The translations under genes and the position numbers were made by a program. Source: Vulcanimicrobiota bacterium (lineage in GTDB: Bacteria > Vulcanimicrobiota > Vulcanimicrobiia > Eremiobacterales > Eremiobacteraceae). From it: a stretch of 64,000 nt of DNA. The DNA lies in assembly GCA_963805945.1 (NCBI GenBank), contig CAWDVP010000003.1, positions 1-64,000 of the forward strand, in the 5' to 3' direction. The notes beneath the pieces are model-generated. The model had not been told where the DNA came from, did not search any database, and saw nothing but the letters and a program-made list of their open reading frames with translations. Position 1 is the first letter of the stretch. Each line of letters begins with the position of its first letter. Of the stretch, positions 18,007-28,702 are shown piece after piece.

Positions 18007-18708
18007 TCACAAGAAAGTGACCTTTCCCGTTTCGAGCTGGTAGTAAGCACCGACGAGCTTGATCGTGCCGGCCTTGATCAACTCGGACAACACGTCGCTC
18101 TTTTGCAATGCGCGCATGGAGAGCAGAACATTGGCCTTGGTCGCGTTGGCCGTCCAGTCCCCGGGTTGACCCTTCGTCTGCGTAGCGGCCGGCTCGATGA
18201 TCTTCGCGAGGGTTTGGATCTGACCGGGAAAGGTCGACCCTTTGGTGAGATCGATAGCGGCCTTCACCGCGCCGCACGAGGAGTGCCCCATGACGACGAT
18301 GAGCGGCGACTTGAGCACCGCCGCGCCGTATTCCAGACTGGCCGTCTCGGTCGCCGTGGCCACGTTGCCTGCGACGCGCACGACGAAGAGGTCGCCCAGA
18401 CCCTGATTGAAGATGATCTCCGGCGCCGTCCTCGAGTCCGCGCACGACAGCAAGGACGCAAATGGCGCTTGCCCGGCGCCAAGTGCGGCGCGCTCCGCGA
18501 TGGTCTGCGAGCGCGTCTGCGATACGTTGGTGACGAAGACCGCGTTACCGGCCTTGAGCTTTGCAAGCGCCGCATCCGGACTCATCGGCGCGGTCTCATT
18601 TGCCGCGCCGGACCGGTTCGGACTTACGAGGGGCAGCGCCAGCGCGGCCGCGCCGACGACAAATGCTCTGCGCGTAAGCGAAAACGACGAATCGTGTTCA
18701 GGACTCAT
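18007..18708 (-). CDS. Beta-class carbonic anhydrase with Tat signal
   Basis: TRRAF twin-arginine leader; SCADSR, GDLFVVRVAGN, GHSSCGA zinc ligands. Confidence 0.92.
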   Translation of the reverse strand: MSPEHDSSFSLTRRAFVVGAAALALPLVSPNRSGAANETAPMSPDAALAKLKAGNAVFVTNVSQTRSQTIAERAALGAGQAPFASLLSCADSRTAPEIIFNQGLGDLFVVRVAGNVATATETASLEYGAAVLKSPLIVVMGHSSCGAVKAAIDLTKGSTFPGQIQTLAKIIEPAATQTKGQPGDWTANATKANVLLSMRALQKSDVLSELIKAGTIKLVGAYYQLETGKVTFL

Positions 18709-18821
18709 TTGTGTCTCATCCTTTCGGGGCGATCGCGGTGCGCTAGCGTTCCCCACGTGCGAGGTTTGGCTCCTCCCTCGTCGAAACGCCGGGTCCTTCT
18801 GACCCGAGACGGACGGTATCC

Positions 18822-19472
18822 ATGCCGCTGCAGAACCGAGTCACACCGTTTGGCGCAATCGTCGCAATTCCGGAGCGCGGCCTCATGATGGGTAACCGCG
18901 GGATCTTGCACGACGATGATCAGCGCGTCGTGCGGCCGTGGCAGGTGCGCCGCTGGATCGCGTGCGTCCTCGAATTCCGTGGACGCTACCGGAAGGTCAT
19001 GCAGCCGCACCGCTATACAGAGTTGTTCTTCCTCGACGAGGCGACGGCGCTCGCCGCGGGCCATCGACCGTGCGCCGAATGCCGAAACGCGGATTACCGA
19101 CGGTTCCGCGCCCTCTGGGCGGTCTGCCACGGCGAGCCGGCGAGCGCCGATCTCATCGATCTGCAGCTCCACCGCGATCGGCTCGCCGGGCGGCGCGACA
19201 AACGTGTGTACCGCGAGCAGCTCGGCGCTCTTCCGGATGGTGCCTACATCGCCGTGGATGACCGCGCGTGGTTGGTGTGGGGCGATGCGCTCTTCGCCTG
19301 GTCTGCGCTTGGATACGACGAGCGGCGTGCACGCTCAGCTCATGACGAGGTTGAGGTGCTGACACCGAGGTCCGCCGTTGCGGTATTGGCAGCCGGCTAC
19401 CGAGTGGCCATACATCCCAGCGCCGAGCGGATCGTGTCTGGACCAGAAGCGGTTAGCCCTTGGAGCCCTTAG
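18822..19472 (+). CDS. Conserved hypothetical Cys/His metal-binding protein
   Basis: QNRVTPFG, GNRGILH, WIAC, YTELFFLDEATALAAGHRPCAECR. Confidence 0.8.
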   Translation: MPLQNRVTPFGAIVAIPERGLMMGNRGILHDDDQRVVRPWQVRRWIACVLEFRGRYRKVMQPHRYTELFFLDEATALAAGHRPCAECRNADYRRFRALWAVCHGEPASADLIDLQLHRDRLAGRRDKRVYREQLGALPDGAYIAVDDRAWLVWGDALFAWSALGYDERRARSAHDEVEVLTPRSAVAVLAAGYRVAIHPSAERIVSGPEAVSPWSP

Positions 19473-19486
19473 AGCCATGGCCCAAA

Positions 19487-19520
19487 CGGGGAGGGCACCG
19501 CTCTCGCGGCACCCTCCTCG
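19487..19520 (-). terminator. Hairpin terminator between convergent genes
   Basis: Minus strand GGAGGGTGCCGC-GAGA-GCGGTGCCCTCC with G.U pairs and a GNRA loop. Confidence 0.55.
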
Positions 19521-19541
19521 CTGTGGTTGCGATCGTTCTAT

Positions 19542-19892
19542 CTAGTAGATAGCCGTGGCGTAGAAGTTGCCATCCAGCCAATAGCCGTACGCGACGACCA
19601 TGCGGCCGACTGCGACCTTGCCCGTCTGTTTGGCGTCCAAGGCGGGTTGGTCGTTGACGACCACGGCGCGCGTCGACTGCTGGAGCGTCACCATGTGGCC
19701 TTTCACGATCGTGATCGTTCCGGCGACCTGGTCGTGCCGCAGATGCTCGGCGTCCGGCGGACACGTGCCGTTGGGCATCCACTCGTCGTTCACCCAGCTT
19801 CCGCAACTCGTGTCCACGTACGGTGCATCCGCGAGTGCGGGCGCTGCCAGTGCGACCAGCGCGGCGAAGATGGCGGCGAAGATAAGTCTCAC
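19542..19892 (-). CDS. Small secreted hypothetical protein (OB-like beta domain, two Cys)
   Basis: AAAGGAG RBS before GTG 19892; signal peptide ending ALA-D. Confidence 0.75.
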   Translation of the reverse strand: MRLIFAAIFAALVALAAPALADAPYVDTSCGSWVNDEWMPNGTCPPDAEHLRHDQVAGTITIVKGHMVTLQQSTRAVVVNDQPALDAKQTGKVAVGRMVVAYGYWLDGNFYATAIY

Positions 19893-20017
19893 AGTGATTC
19901 TCCTTTCTGCGAGGATCGTACCCAAAACTACGAGCGGTTTGGCGGCAAAAACTGAGTTTTGTTCAGCCTGCGAGTGGGTACAAGAGATGACCCTCGCATA
20001 AGGAGGTAGATTCTCAG

Positions 20018-20716
20018 ATGAAACCCACAACGAGAAGCAGATACTTGATCGCAGCGCTCGCGGCCGCGGGCACGCTCGTGGCAAGCGCACAGGCGATCAA
20101 TGCCCAGCCCACGACGCAGCCGCCGTGGACCGACGTCCAGATCATCGCGCTGCAACCGGCCGATTCAACCGTCGTGACGTCAGTTCGTCCGGCCATCTCC
20201 GGGCAGTTCGGCGTGCCGGTGGACCCGACCAGCCTGCGCATAACGTTGGACGGTCGCGACATCTCGGCTCTCGCGTACGCGTCGAGCAGTGAATTCATGT
20301 TCACCGCCCCGACGGATACGCCGACGGGGTTGCACAGGGTCGAGGTCACGGGCAAGGCGACGAACGGCGCGACGTTTGACCGCACGTGGTCCTTCGTCTC
20401 AGCACCGCAAGAGGTCGCCGCGAACTTCCTCACCTTGACGCCGATGCAGGACCTGGCGACCGGCTCGTCATTCGTCATCGCGGGTTCGACGCTGCCGTTC
20501 GCGCACGTGCGGCTGGCGGCGACCGCGAACATGCCTGTGGGCGGACCCCTCGCCGCCGTGGATGGCACGTTTGTCAATGACGTTTGGGCGGACAGCGACG
20601 GTCAATTCTGGGTGCCGGTCTATATCAATAGCGCAGGCCCGGTAGCCGTGCGCGTCCTCTCGATCGATCCGACGACCGATGCCGGGGCGAGCGCCACTCT
20701 GGACGTGACCGACTAA
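20018..20716 (+). CDS. Secreted hypothetical protein with Ig-like domains
   Basis: AAGGAGG RBS, signal peptide, RPAISG..VDPTSLRITLDGRDIS..G.H.VEV..TWSF. Confidence 0.75.
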   Translation: MKPTTRSRYLIAALAAAGTLVASAQAINAQPTTQPPWTDVQIIALQPADSTVVTSVRPAISGQFGVPVDPTSLRITLDGRDISALAYASSSEFMFTAPTDTPTGLHRVEVTGKATNGATFDRTWSFVSAPQEVAANFLTLTPMQDLATGSSFVIAGSTLPFAHVRLAATANMPVGGPLAAVDGTFVNDVWADSDGQFWVPVYINSAGPVAVRVLSIDPTTDAGASATLDVTD

Positions 20717-20754
20717 GAGCAGCGTTCGCCGTAAGCGGCTGACAAGAACCACAG

Positions 20755-20784
20755 CGCAGGGCGCCGCCAAAGCGGCGCCCTGCG
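20755..20784. terminator. Bidirectional terminator hairpin
   Basis: CGCAGGGCGCCGC-caaa-GCGGCGCCCTGCG, 13-bp perfect stem between convergent genes. Confidence 0.75.
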
Positions 20785-20797
20785 TCCTTCTCACGGG

Positions 20798-21877
20798 TCA
20801 GACCGTGATGCCGACCTCGAGGATCAAGCGCGGGTTGGAGACCGAGTCATAACACGTGAACGAAGGCGGCACGACGCCGCTCTTCACAAACTCGGCTGAA
20901 TAGGCGGACCCCTCCCAGAGGAATAGCGCGAGCGGTTTTGAGCGATCCCACTTCTCGACGAGTTGATCGATGGGCTGCGAGACCGTTGACCCGCTCTTGG
21001 TCGCCTTTCCAGGCAGCGACCCGTGGCGAGGGGTGATCCACTTCGCGCTCTTCCAGCCGTCGGGTGCCTCGGTGAGAGTCCCGCACACGAAGGTATTGCC
21101 ACCTATGCCCGTGTGATTCGCAGCGTACGCCAGCGTCGCACCGAAAATGCTATTGCCGTGAAGAGACGAGAGATCGAATTCGAGGGCAGCACGCAAGAAC
21201 GTGTTCGTCTGGCTTTGACCCTGGCCGGAATTATACTGAGCGCCGACATCGGCCCAGTTATATTCCTTGGGCGTGTAGGTCTGCGTCGTTTTTGACCCGT
21301 CGGAGTAGAGATACGAGTATATCCGAGTGTACCAACGCAACTTATTCGTCTTGATGGTCACCGCTTTCTGCGTCGCGCGAACGCAGATCTTCGGACTTGG
21401 CTTGGATTCGGCAGCGGCATGGGGCGACAGCGGATACGCGGTGACGACGTAGCACGCTCCGTCCCAGCCGCCCTTCGGTGCATCCTGGACGATGAAGCGT
21501 CCGCTGGAGATTCCGACGACTTTCCCGTATCGAGCGGCGCCACTCGCACCGGCGAGCCTCAGATTGTAGCCGCCGATGGCGCAGTGCTTGCCGCTGCACT
21601 TCCACGACCAATACACGTCGATCGCCTTGTTATGGGTCAACCACGAGCACTGGCTTGGGCCGTCGCCGTGGTGGACGCACTCATCGGGATTCGTCGTGTA
21701 GTGCGGCGCAAAGGGTGCCGGCAGCGCAGGCACGGGAGTCGGACGTGGAGTCGGGCGCGGCGTGGGAAGTGTGTGGATGGTCTGGGTCGGCCCGGTCATC
21801 TGCTTCGCCGCGCACGGATACGGCGTCGCAACCGCGAGGACGAGAATAGCGAGAGCCGCGCCTATCATGTGCTTCAC
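20798..21877 (-). CDS. Secreted Cys-containing hypothetical protein (PT-rich linker, FN3-like segment)
   Basis: AGGAGG RBS before GTG, signal peptide, PTPRPTPRPTP, CYVVTAY..ESKPS. Confidence 0.7.
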   Translation of the reverse strand: MKHMIGAALAILVLAVATPYPCAAKQMTGPTQTIHTLPTPRPTPRPTPVPALPAPFAPHYTTNPDECVHHGDGPSQCSWLTHNKAIDVYWSWKCSGKHCAIGGYNLRLAGASGAARYGKVVGISSGRFIVQDAPKGGWDGACYVVTAYPLSPHAAAESKPSPKICVRATQKAVTIKTNKLRWYTRIYSYLYSDGSKTTQTYTPKEYNWADVGAQYNSGQGQSQTNTFLRAALEFDLSSLHGNSIFGATLAYAANHTGIGGNTFVCGTLTEAPDGWKSAKWITPRHGSLPGKATKSGSTVSQPIDQLVEKWDRSKPLALFLWEGSAYSAEFVKSGVVPPSFTCYDSVSNPRLILEVGITV

Positions 21878-21940
21878 AGCTACACCTCCTGCCGCTTGTG
21901 CGGGTTTCGCCGTCGCCCAAAGCGAACACTCGTAACCAGC

Positions 21941-24720
21941 GTGGATACTATCACCGCCATCCTCTTATTCACGGATATCCAAGGCAGCACCACGCGCTGG
22001 GAGCGCGATCGCGACGCCATGGCCGCGGCCCTGCGCCGTCACGACGAGCTCATGCGCGCCGCGATCGTCGCCTCACACGGACAGGTCTTCAAGACGATGG
22101 GCGATCAGTTCTGCGCGGTTTTCTCCAACGTCTCCGACTCGATCGCCGCGGCGCTACAGGCGCAGCGCGCTCTCGCAGCCGAGGATTGGAGCGCCGTCGA
22201 CGGACTCGAGGTCCGCATGGCGATCCATGCCGGCTCCGTCGAGGCGCGCGATGGAGATTATTTCGGCCGGCCGCTCAATAGAGTGGCTCGGTTGCTCCAC
22301 ATCGGCCACGGCGGTCAAGTGTTGTTGTCGGGTGCCGCAGCGGATCTGACGTCCGGCGAGCTCCCGGCTGACGTGCGACTCATCGACTTGGGAAGGCACT
22401 GGCTCAAGGATCTCGAGGGCGTCGAGCACGTGTACCAACTGCTCGCGCCCGATCTGCGCGCCGAGTTCCCACCGCTGCGGTCGCTTGAGGCGTTCCCGAA
22501 CAACCTGCCGCTGCAGCTCACGAGCTTCGTCGACCGCCAAGACGACCTCGACCGGCTGCGCGCGCAGCTCGAGACGACGCGGCTGCTGTCGCTCGTCGGC
22601 ACGGGCGGCGTCGGAAAGACGCGCTTGGCCTTGCAGCTCGCCGCCGAATCGCTCAATAGGTTTCCAGACGGCGTCCGCCTCATCGATCTGTCGCTGACCG
22701 CCAGCGCCGACGCGGTCGCGGCCGAAGCGGCGTCGATCCTCTCGGTGCGCGCAAGCGCGGGCCAAAGCGTCGCCGACTCGATCGCCGCGGCGATCCACGA
22801 GCGGCGCGTGCTGTTGATCTTCGACGGCTGCGAACATGTCTTGGCAGCCACGGCGGCGCTCGTCGACGCGATCGTGCACGCGTGTCCGAACGCGAGCATC
22901 ATCGTCACGTCGCGGCAGGCGCTCGGGGTCGGAGGCGAAGTCGTCTACAACGTGGGGACGCTTCCCGTGCCGCCCGAGAACACGGACAGCGCGACGGCGG
23001 CCCTCGGCTTTAGCGCCGCCAAGCTCTTCGCGGAGCGCGCGAGCGCTGCGTCGAGCCGCTTCTCGCTCACCGACGCCAACGCAGGCTTGGTCGCGGACAT
23101 CTGTCGCCGGCTGGACGGCATTCCGCTCGCGATCGAGCTGGCCGCCGCGAAAACGGCGGTGCTCAGCATCAAGCAGCTCTCGGAGAAGCTGGACGAACGT
23201 TTCCGGCTGCTGTCGCAGACGAGCAGCAATCGTCTGCCGCGCCAGCAGACGCTGCGCGCGCTCATCAACTGGAGCTTCGACCTGCTCGACGAGCAGGAGC
23301 GCGCGGTGTTCAGGCGGCTCTCCATCTTCGCCGGAGGATGGACGCTGCAAGCCGCAGCCGCCGTTTGCACCGACGACGACATCGACGAGTGGGAGGTCCT
23401 CGAACTGCTCTCCGCACTCGTCTCGAAGTCGCTCGTCGTCGTGGAGCCGCTCGGCGACGACCAGCGCTACCGCATGCTCAACTCGATCCGCGATTACGCG
23501 CGCGAGGCGCCTGACCGCGGCGAACGAATCCGGCAATATCGCCTCCAAGCACGCCCGCTACTACGCCGATTTCGTCTCCGGCCTCGCCCCATTGGTGGAC
23601 GCGTTGGAAGACGTGCAGTGGCAGAACGCGCTCGCGCCCGAGATCGACAACATTCGAGCGGCGCTGGAGTGGGCGATCTTCCGAGGCAACGACAGCGACA
23701 GCGGGCTTGCGGCTGCTCGCGCACTTGGAATGGCCGGAACTGCTGACGACGCCGCAGGAGGCCGTCCGCTGGTTCGATGCAGCGGCGAAGCTCGTCGCGT
23801 GACGCTCGCAGACGACGTGACCAGCGCGCGCGTGCTGCGCCATCACGTCCGGTTGGAGTGGCTCGTCGGGCGCGTCCGGTGCGCCCAACGCGTGAAGACC
23901 GCACACGACGGGGTCACCGTCGCCGCGCGGCCGCCGCAGATCCCGACGAGATCGCGCGCGCGCTCTGCGATTCTCGGCGCGTTGCTATCGCGACGCCGGA
24001 CGATTCGACGAGCGCCGACGCGCTCTTCGCAGAGGCCTATGGAGCGCCGCAGCGGCTGACCGCGATCGCCGCTGAACGCGCTGCTGCGCAACTGGGCCGT
24101 GACGGATTTGCAGCGCGGCGACGTCGAAACGGCGCGCAAGCGCTTCACCGAAGTCGCGCGGCGCGAGCGGCCCGGCAGCGAAGCGCACGCAAGCGCGCTG
24201 CTCAATCTCGGCGAACTGGAGTTCGCGGTCGGCAACATCGAGGCCGCGCGAACCGCAGCGCGGCAAGCGCGCGGAGACGTTCGCGCGTCTCAACGCCGCT
24301 CCGTCGGGTCTGGCGGTGTGCAATCTCGCGGCGTACGCCATGGCGGTCGACGATATGGACGAGGCGCGCGAGCTGCTGCGCGAGGCGCTGCAACATGCTC
24401 AAGAAATCCGGCGCGCGCTGGATGGTCGACGGCGTTCGAACATCACGCCGTGCTCGGCGGGCCTCGTCGGCGACCACGAACGCGCGGCCACTGCTCGTCG
24501 GCTTCACCGACGCGCACTACGCCGACAACGACATCCGGCAGCGGACCGAGCAGCACGGGTACGAGCGCCTGATGCGACTCCTCGCGCAGATCTACGACGA
24601 GGAAGCGAACTCGCGCGGCGGATGAGTGCCGGCGCTCGGCTGAACGACGAGCAGGCGCTCGAGCACGCCGCGGCGATAAGTCAACCACAGCGCACAGACC
24701 CCGGCGGCGACCGCCGCCGA
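21941..24720 (+). CDS. Class III adenylate/guanylate cyclase + NB-ARC/STAND ATPase + TPR protein, multiply frameshifted after ~23500; end approximate
   Basis: FTDIQGST, KTMGD, DYFGRPLNRVARL, NNLPLQLTSFV, GTGGVGKT, IFDGCEH, LDGIPLAIELAA, RQQTLRALINWS. Continuation fragments (EIDNIRAALEW, LLNLGELEF, ALEHAAA) fall in different frames. Confidence 0.85.
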
Positions 24721-24737
24721 GAAAGGAGGCGAACGTC

Positions 24738-24922
24738 ATGGCCAGCACGCGACGAACAAGCCGCCGCAGACTCTCGACGCGCACGGGAAGACGATCGACG
24801 AACTCCACCACAAACTCGCCGCGACTGCCGGCGTCGACAAGGCGACGGCTGCAGGCGGCCGTCGACAAGTTCAAAGCCGCGCACAAGCGTTCTCCGACGA
24901 CGCGCTCGGGTGCATGAACTAA
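24738..24922 (+). CDS. Small (~60 aa) helical protein ending ...AFSDDALGCMN; needs about 3 indel corrections
   Basis: AAAGGAGG RBS 8 nt before ATG 24738. Reconstruction: MAS(T)-TNKPPQTLDAHGKTIDELHHKLAATAGVDKA-RLQAAVDKFKAAHK-AFSDDALGCMN*. Confidence 0.55.
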
Positions 24923-24925
24923 GCG

Positions 24926-26459
24926 CTAACTGCCGGCTCGCAGCGCTTTCTCGATCGCGGCACCGACCGGAATGCCGAGACCCGTGCACGGATTCCATCC
25001 GGCGCCGGCTGCGAAACGGTCGTTGCCGCCCGCGGTGACGTCGACGAACGAGCGGCCGTCCGGCTTCGTATAGAGGACGGCGAGAAGAAGCCGATCGGCA
25101 CGCCCAGTCGCTGATTGATCCGCGCCGTCAGCGCCGACCACATCGGCGCGACCGCGCTCGTGCCGCCCATCGCCAATTCGACCCCATCCATGACGACGTA
25201 ATAGCCCGGGCTGCTTGCTGCGCGGCGACGTCGGGCACGCCGCGCCCGGCCGGCACGCCGTTCTGCGATGCAGCTCGCGTCACGCGGCGTCTTGCCATGC
25301 CGGCACGTCGAATCGCTCGCTGAACCCGCCGCCGGTTTTCTCCCACGCCTGTTCTCGCGCGCGCGTCGGCAGCGATCACGGTCGCTCCGCACGCGATCGC
25401 AAACGGGCTGGACGCCGGTGCCAGCACGTGCGGCGTTGCCGTCGTAGTCGAGTTCCGCGCCGTTGTCGCCCGACGCGCAGAACACGCTCACGCCGACCAG
25501 CGCCGCGGCCGTAAAGAGGTCGTCGAGAATGTCGAGCGCGACCGGCGTCCACAGATGCTCGGGCCAGCCGTAACTGATCGACAGCACCGACGGCGCGTAC
25601 TCCTCGTCGAAGATCGCCGCACGCACGGCGTCGAGAAAGCCGCGCTCGTCGTTGGGCGCTTCGTACACGACGATGCGCGCGCCCGGCGCGAGCGACGCCG
25701 ATGATCTGCACGTCGAGCGCCGCCTCGAGATCTTTGATCGTCGCCGATTCGTGCTCGACGCACCGCGTTGTCCACGCGTTCGACGATCGGCTGCGCCGGC
25801 GTCAGACCTGCTGCGCCGCATGCACTGCGTCGAAGTCGTCGGGTTTGAACAGTGCCGTTGCAGCTGCACGCACGCCGATCGTCTGCCCGCACCCGTCGGC
25901 ATCGGGAAACGCGTAGCGCGCCGCGACGTCCTGCGCGAGCAGCGGCGTCGCATGGCGCTGCAGCGACGCGAGTTTGCGCGAGCGCGGCCATTGGTGCAGG
26001 CCGAAAATGCCGCGCACGATGGCGACGATCTCGGACGGCACGTGCAACGCGTCCGAACGATGGCGAAAGCGCCGCTGGTCTTCGTCTTCGAAGATCGCGA
26101 CGGTCGCGCCGAACGCGTCGATCAAGCGGTCGATCGGCCCGCTGAACGTGACCGATCGCCAGTGCGCGTCGGCGATGCGTGATTCCGAAGCGCTCGCAGT
26201 AACGGCGCAGCAGCTCGACGTCGGCGGGATCGGCGCCCGTCTGCCGCGCGAGCGTCTTCCGGTCGGCGTACGTTCGCTGCAAGGGCGGCGTCGCCCCGAG
26301 CGCGCGCGCGCGCTGCGGCATCGAGGTCGCCGCCGCGTCGCGGGCGCAGCCACGCCGTCAGCAGGACGTCGGCGTCGAGGTCACCGGCTCGGCCTGGCGG
26401 CTTCCCGGCCAGATCCTGCGCTCGGTGCCCGGAATCGGAACGCGCTTCTCGGCCGCCAT
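24926..26459 (-). CDS. S53-family peptidase (sedolisin/kumamolisin-like) with prodomain, multiply frameshifted
   Basis: Pieces across frames: GADPADVELL prodomain, GCGQTIG, EAALDVQ, SISYG, ASGDNG, GRGVPDVAA, GGTSAVAP, GWNPCTGLG. No signal peptide. Confidence 0.85.
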
Positions 26460-26462
26460 CGT

Positions 26463-26765
26463 CTAGTTCCAGCGCCCGCGTGAGGCGTCGTTCTTCGCGT
26501 ACATGAGGAAGCTGCCCACCGCGGCGGTGAGGACGGCGCTGCATGCGAAGATCGTGGCTCCGCGCAGGGAGGTCCGTAACAAGCCGGCAGGCAGCTGCAC
26601 CTCCGCGAACATCACCACGATGACGAGCAGCGTGGTCGCCACAAGCGCGGCGGCAAATCCGCGCTCCGTCCGGCCGCCGCGCCCCGTGGGGTCGTGACGG
26701 ACGATCCAACGAGCGATCGCATAGCCGACGACCAAGCCCAGCCCGAGCGCGATATAGACCTCCAT
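26463..26765 (-). CDS. Small 3-TM membrane protein
   Basis: Three hydrophobic segments; its stop lies 3 nt before the S53 ATG. Confidence 0.6.
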   Translation of the reverse strand: MEVYIALGLGLVVGYAIARWIVRHDPTGRGGRTERGFAAALVATTLLVIVVMFAEVQLPAGLLRTSLRGATIFACSAVLTAAVGSFLMYAKNDASRGRWN

Positions 26766-26854
26766 GCCCCAAGGTTTAGTCCGGTCCGCGCTCGTGGCCT
26801 GTCGCCCGCCGGCGTTGGAAGGCGACCGTCTGGCGCGGCGACAACCTCCTACGC

Positions 26855-27391
26855 ATGAGCCTCGAGGCGTGGAGCACCGCAGCGGCAGTCGGCACGTTTG
26901 TCGTCATCACCGCGTCTGCCGTCGCCGCGCTCGTGCAGCTGCGCCATCTGCGCACGAGCAATCAGCTCAGCGGCTTCGTCACCGTCTTCAGCATGCTGCA
27001 GGATCCGAGCGTGCGCGAGCTTACGAATTTCGTCCGGCACGATCTCGCCGAACGCATGAAGGACGCCGAATTCCGCGCGAGCCTGCTGGAGATCCCGATC
27101 GACCGGCGCAAGCATCCGGAGTTCTACATGTGCGACATGTACAACCATATCGGCTCGTTCGTGCGCAGCGGCCTCATCGACGAGCAGGCATACCTGCAGA
27201 CCGATTGGTTCAACATCAACCTGTACTGGGGATTGCTGGAAGAGTCCATCAGGATCGCCAGAACGAATCGGCCCCACGTCTTCGAGAATTTCGAGTACTT
27301 GGCCGCGCGCGCGAAGACGTGGATCGAAAAGCATCCGCAGGGCGACTATCCCCCCGCGGAGCGACGGTTGCTGCCGCCTAACGGAAGGTGA
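26855..27391 (+). CDS. Hypothetical protein with N-terminal TM (DUF4760-like)
   Basis: TM followed by ALVQLRHLRTSNQL, IGSFVRSGLIDE, FENFEYLA. Confidence 0.7.
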   Translation: MSLEAWSTAAAVGTFVVITASAVAALVQLRHLRTSNQLSGFVTVFSMLQDPSVRELTNFVRHDLAERMKDAEFRASLLEIPIDRRKHPEFYMCDMYNHIGSFVRSGLIDEQAYLQTDWFNINLYWGLLEESIRIARTNRPHVFENFEYLAARAKTWIEKHPQGDYPPAERRLLPPNGR

Positions 27392-27397
27392 GCCTTC

Positions 27398-28168
27398 TCA
27401 CCGTAGCTGGAAGACGTATTCTTCCAGATAGGTCGAGAAGATGCCAGAACCGTTGACCGTGGGCGAGGTGTAGGTGCTCAGCCGCGCGGCGTCGAGCGCC
27501 GACTTATCGAGCCCGGGATAGCCCGTCGACTTGGCGATCGAGGCGCTCACCACTTGGCCGTCCGGGCCGATGGTGACGCTCACCAGCGCATTCCCTTGGT
27601 GAAAAGCCTCGCGGTCCATCATCGGATAGACGGGCTGCGCCTTGTGCACGATCTGAGAGTCGAGCCGTATGAGAAAGGGAGTGCCCGTCGCGACCACTTC
27701 CTGAGGCCAGGTCAGCCCGGTGTCGTCGAACGTCGCCTTCACCGCATCGCTCGCGTTCAAGACGGCGACAGGCGCCGCATTCGTGCACGCCATCGTGGCA
27801 CCACCGGCAGGCGTCACTTCTTCGAGCGCGATCGCCGCTAGCGTCGCGGTCGGCCATGTGAAGACGACCAACGCGTCTCGCTTGTCGCTCAAATCGATAG
27901 GCGCGACGCGGATCGAGTGCTTCATGTCGGCCGTCGAGCCGATGACGGATAGTCGCGCTGAATACTGGCCCGCGATGGCCGTGTGCATCTCCAACCTATA
28001 CTGCGCGTAATGCTGATTGGTCCCAAGCGCACCGATCCAAAACGTGCCGACGCTGATCGGGCAATCGTCCGCCATCGCTGCGGCGGGCGCGGCTACGAGC
28101 ATGAGTAGAAGAACCGCGCACCAAGAAGCCCGGAGTCTCATCATGCGCGAGGCTTCGCGGCGCAGCAT
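27398..28168 (-). CDS. Secreted protein with TonB C-terminal domain
   Basis: Signal peptide; PVYPMMD..HQGNALVSVTIGPDGQVVSASIAKSTGYPGLDKSALDAAR. Confidence 0.8.
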   Translation of the reverse strand: MLRREASRMMRLRASWCAVLLLMLVAAPAAAMADDCPISVGTFWIGALGTNQHYAQYRLEMHTAIAGQYSARLSVIGSTADMKHSIRVAPIDLSDKRDALVVFTWPTATLAAIALEEVTPAGGATMACTNAAPVAVLNASDAVKATFDDTGLTWPQEVVATGTPFLIRLDSQIVHKAQPVYPMMDREAFHQGNALVSVTIGPDGQVVSASIAKSTGYPGLDKSALDAARLSTYTSPTVNGSGIFSTYLEEYVFQLR

Positions 28169-28255
28169 CACTTCGTCCTTGTGGTGACCGTGGGACGCGC
28201 TAGACACGAACGGCTGCGATCGAGGATCGCAGCCGTTCATGATGTCGAGGCGACG

Positions 28256-28657
28256 TTACGGTGACGCCGATGGCGCCGGGGAGGGGTGCTGCTTGTGCCA
28301 AGCCGCCTTTTCCTGTTCGAGCTTGGTACGCTGCGCCGGCGTGAGGACGGCGAGAACCTGGTCGCGGAGCTGTTTGCGAGCCGCGTCATCCGGTTGGCTG
28401 CCTTTCGGATGCGCCTGCTTGTAGTTGGTCACGAGCGTCTTGATTTGGTTCTGCTGCTGCTGGCTTAGATCCAGCGTCTTGAGCATCGACATCATCCCAT
28501 GATGATGACGATGACCGGAGGGGCTACCGGGCGCTTGGCTGCTCGGCGTGCCGGTCTGGGTGGCGTCCGAGATGACGCCCTGAGCCAGCGCGAGCGCCGG
28601 CGCACCCAGCGACAGCGCGCATAGCGCTGCGACCAGTAGTGGTTTGAATGTTTTCAC
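28256..28657 (-). CDS. Spy/CpxP-family periplasmic chaperone
   Basis: Signal peptide; LDLSQQQQNQI and VLTPAQR (LTxxQ) motifs. Confidence 0.8.
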   Translation of the reverse strand: MKTFKPLLVAALCALSLGAPALALAQGVISDATQTGTPSSQAPGSPSGHRHHHGMMSMLKTLDLSQQQQNQIKTLVTNYKQAHPKGSQPDDAARKQLRDQVLAVLTPAQRTKLEQEKAAWHKQHPSPAPSASP

Positions 28658-28702
28658 GGTTGGTCAACGATCTCCTAAGGAAAGCGAGGTTGCACCTCGC
28701 GC

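Noticed and set aside
23500..26380. Programmed frameshifting or phase variation in the STAND and S53 genes
   Set aside because: Indels are numerous, on both strands and not at slippery or repeat tracts; sequencing error fits better.
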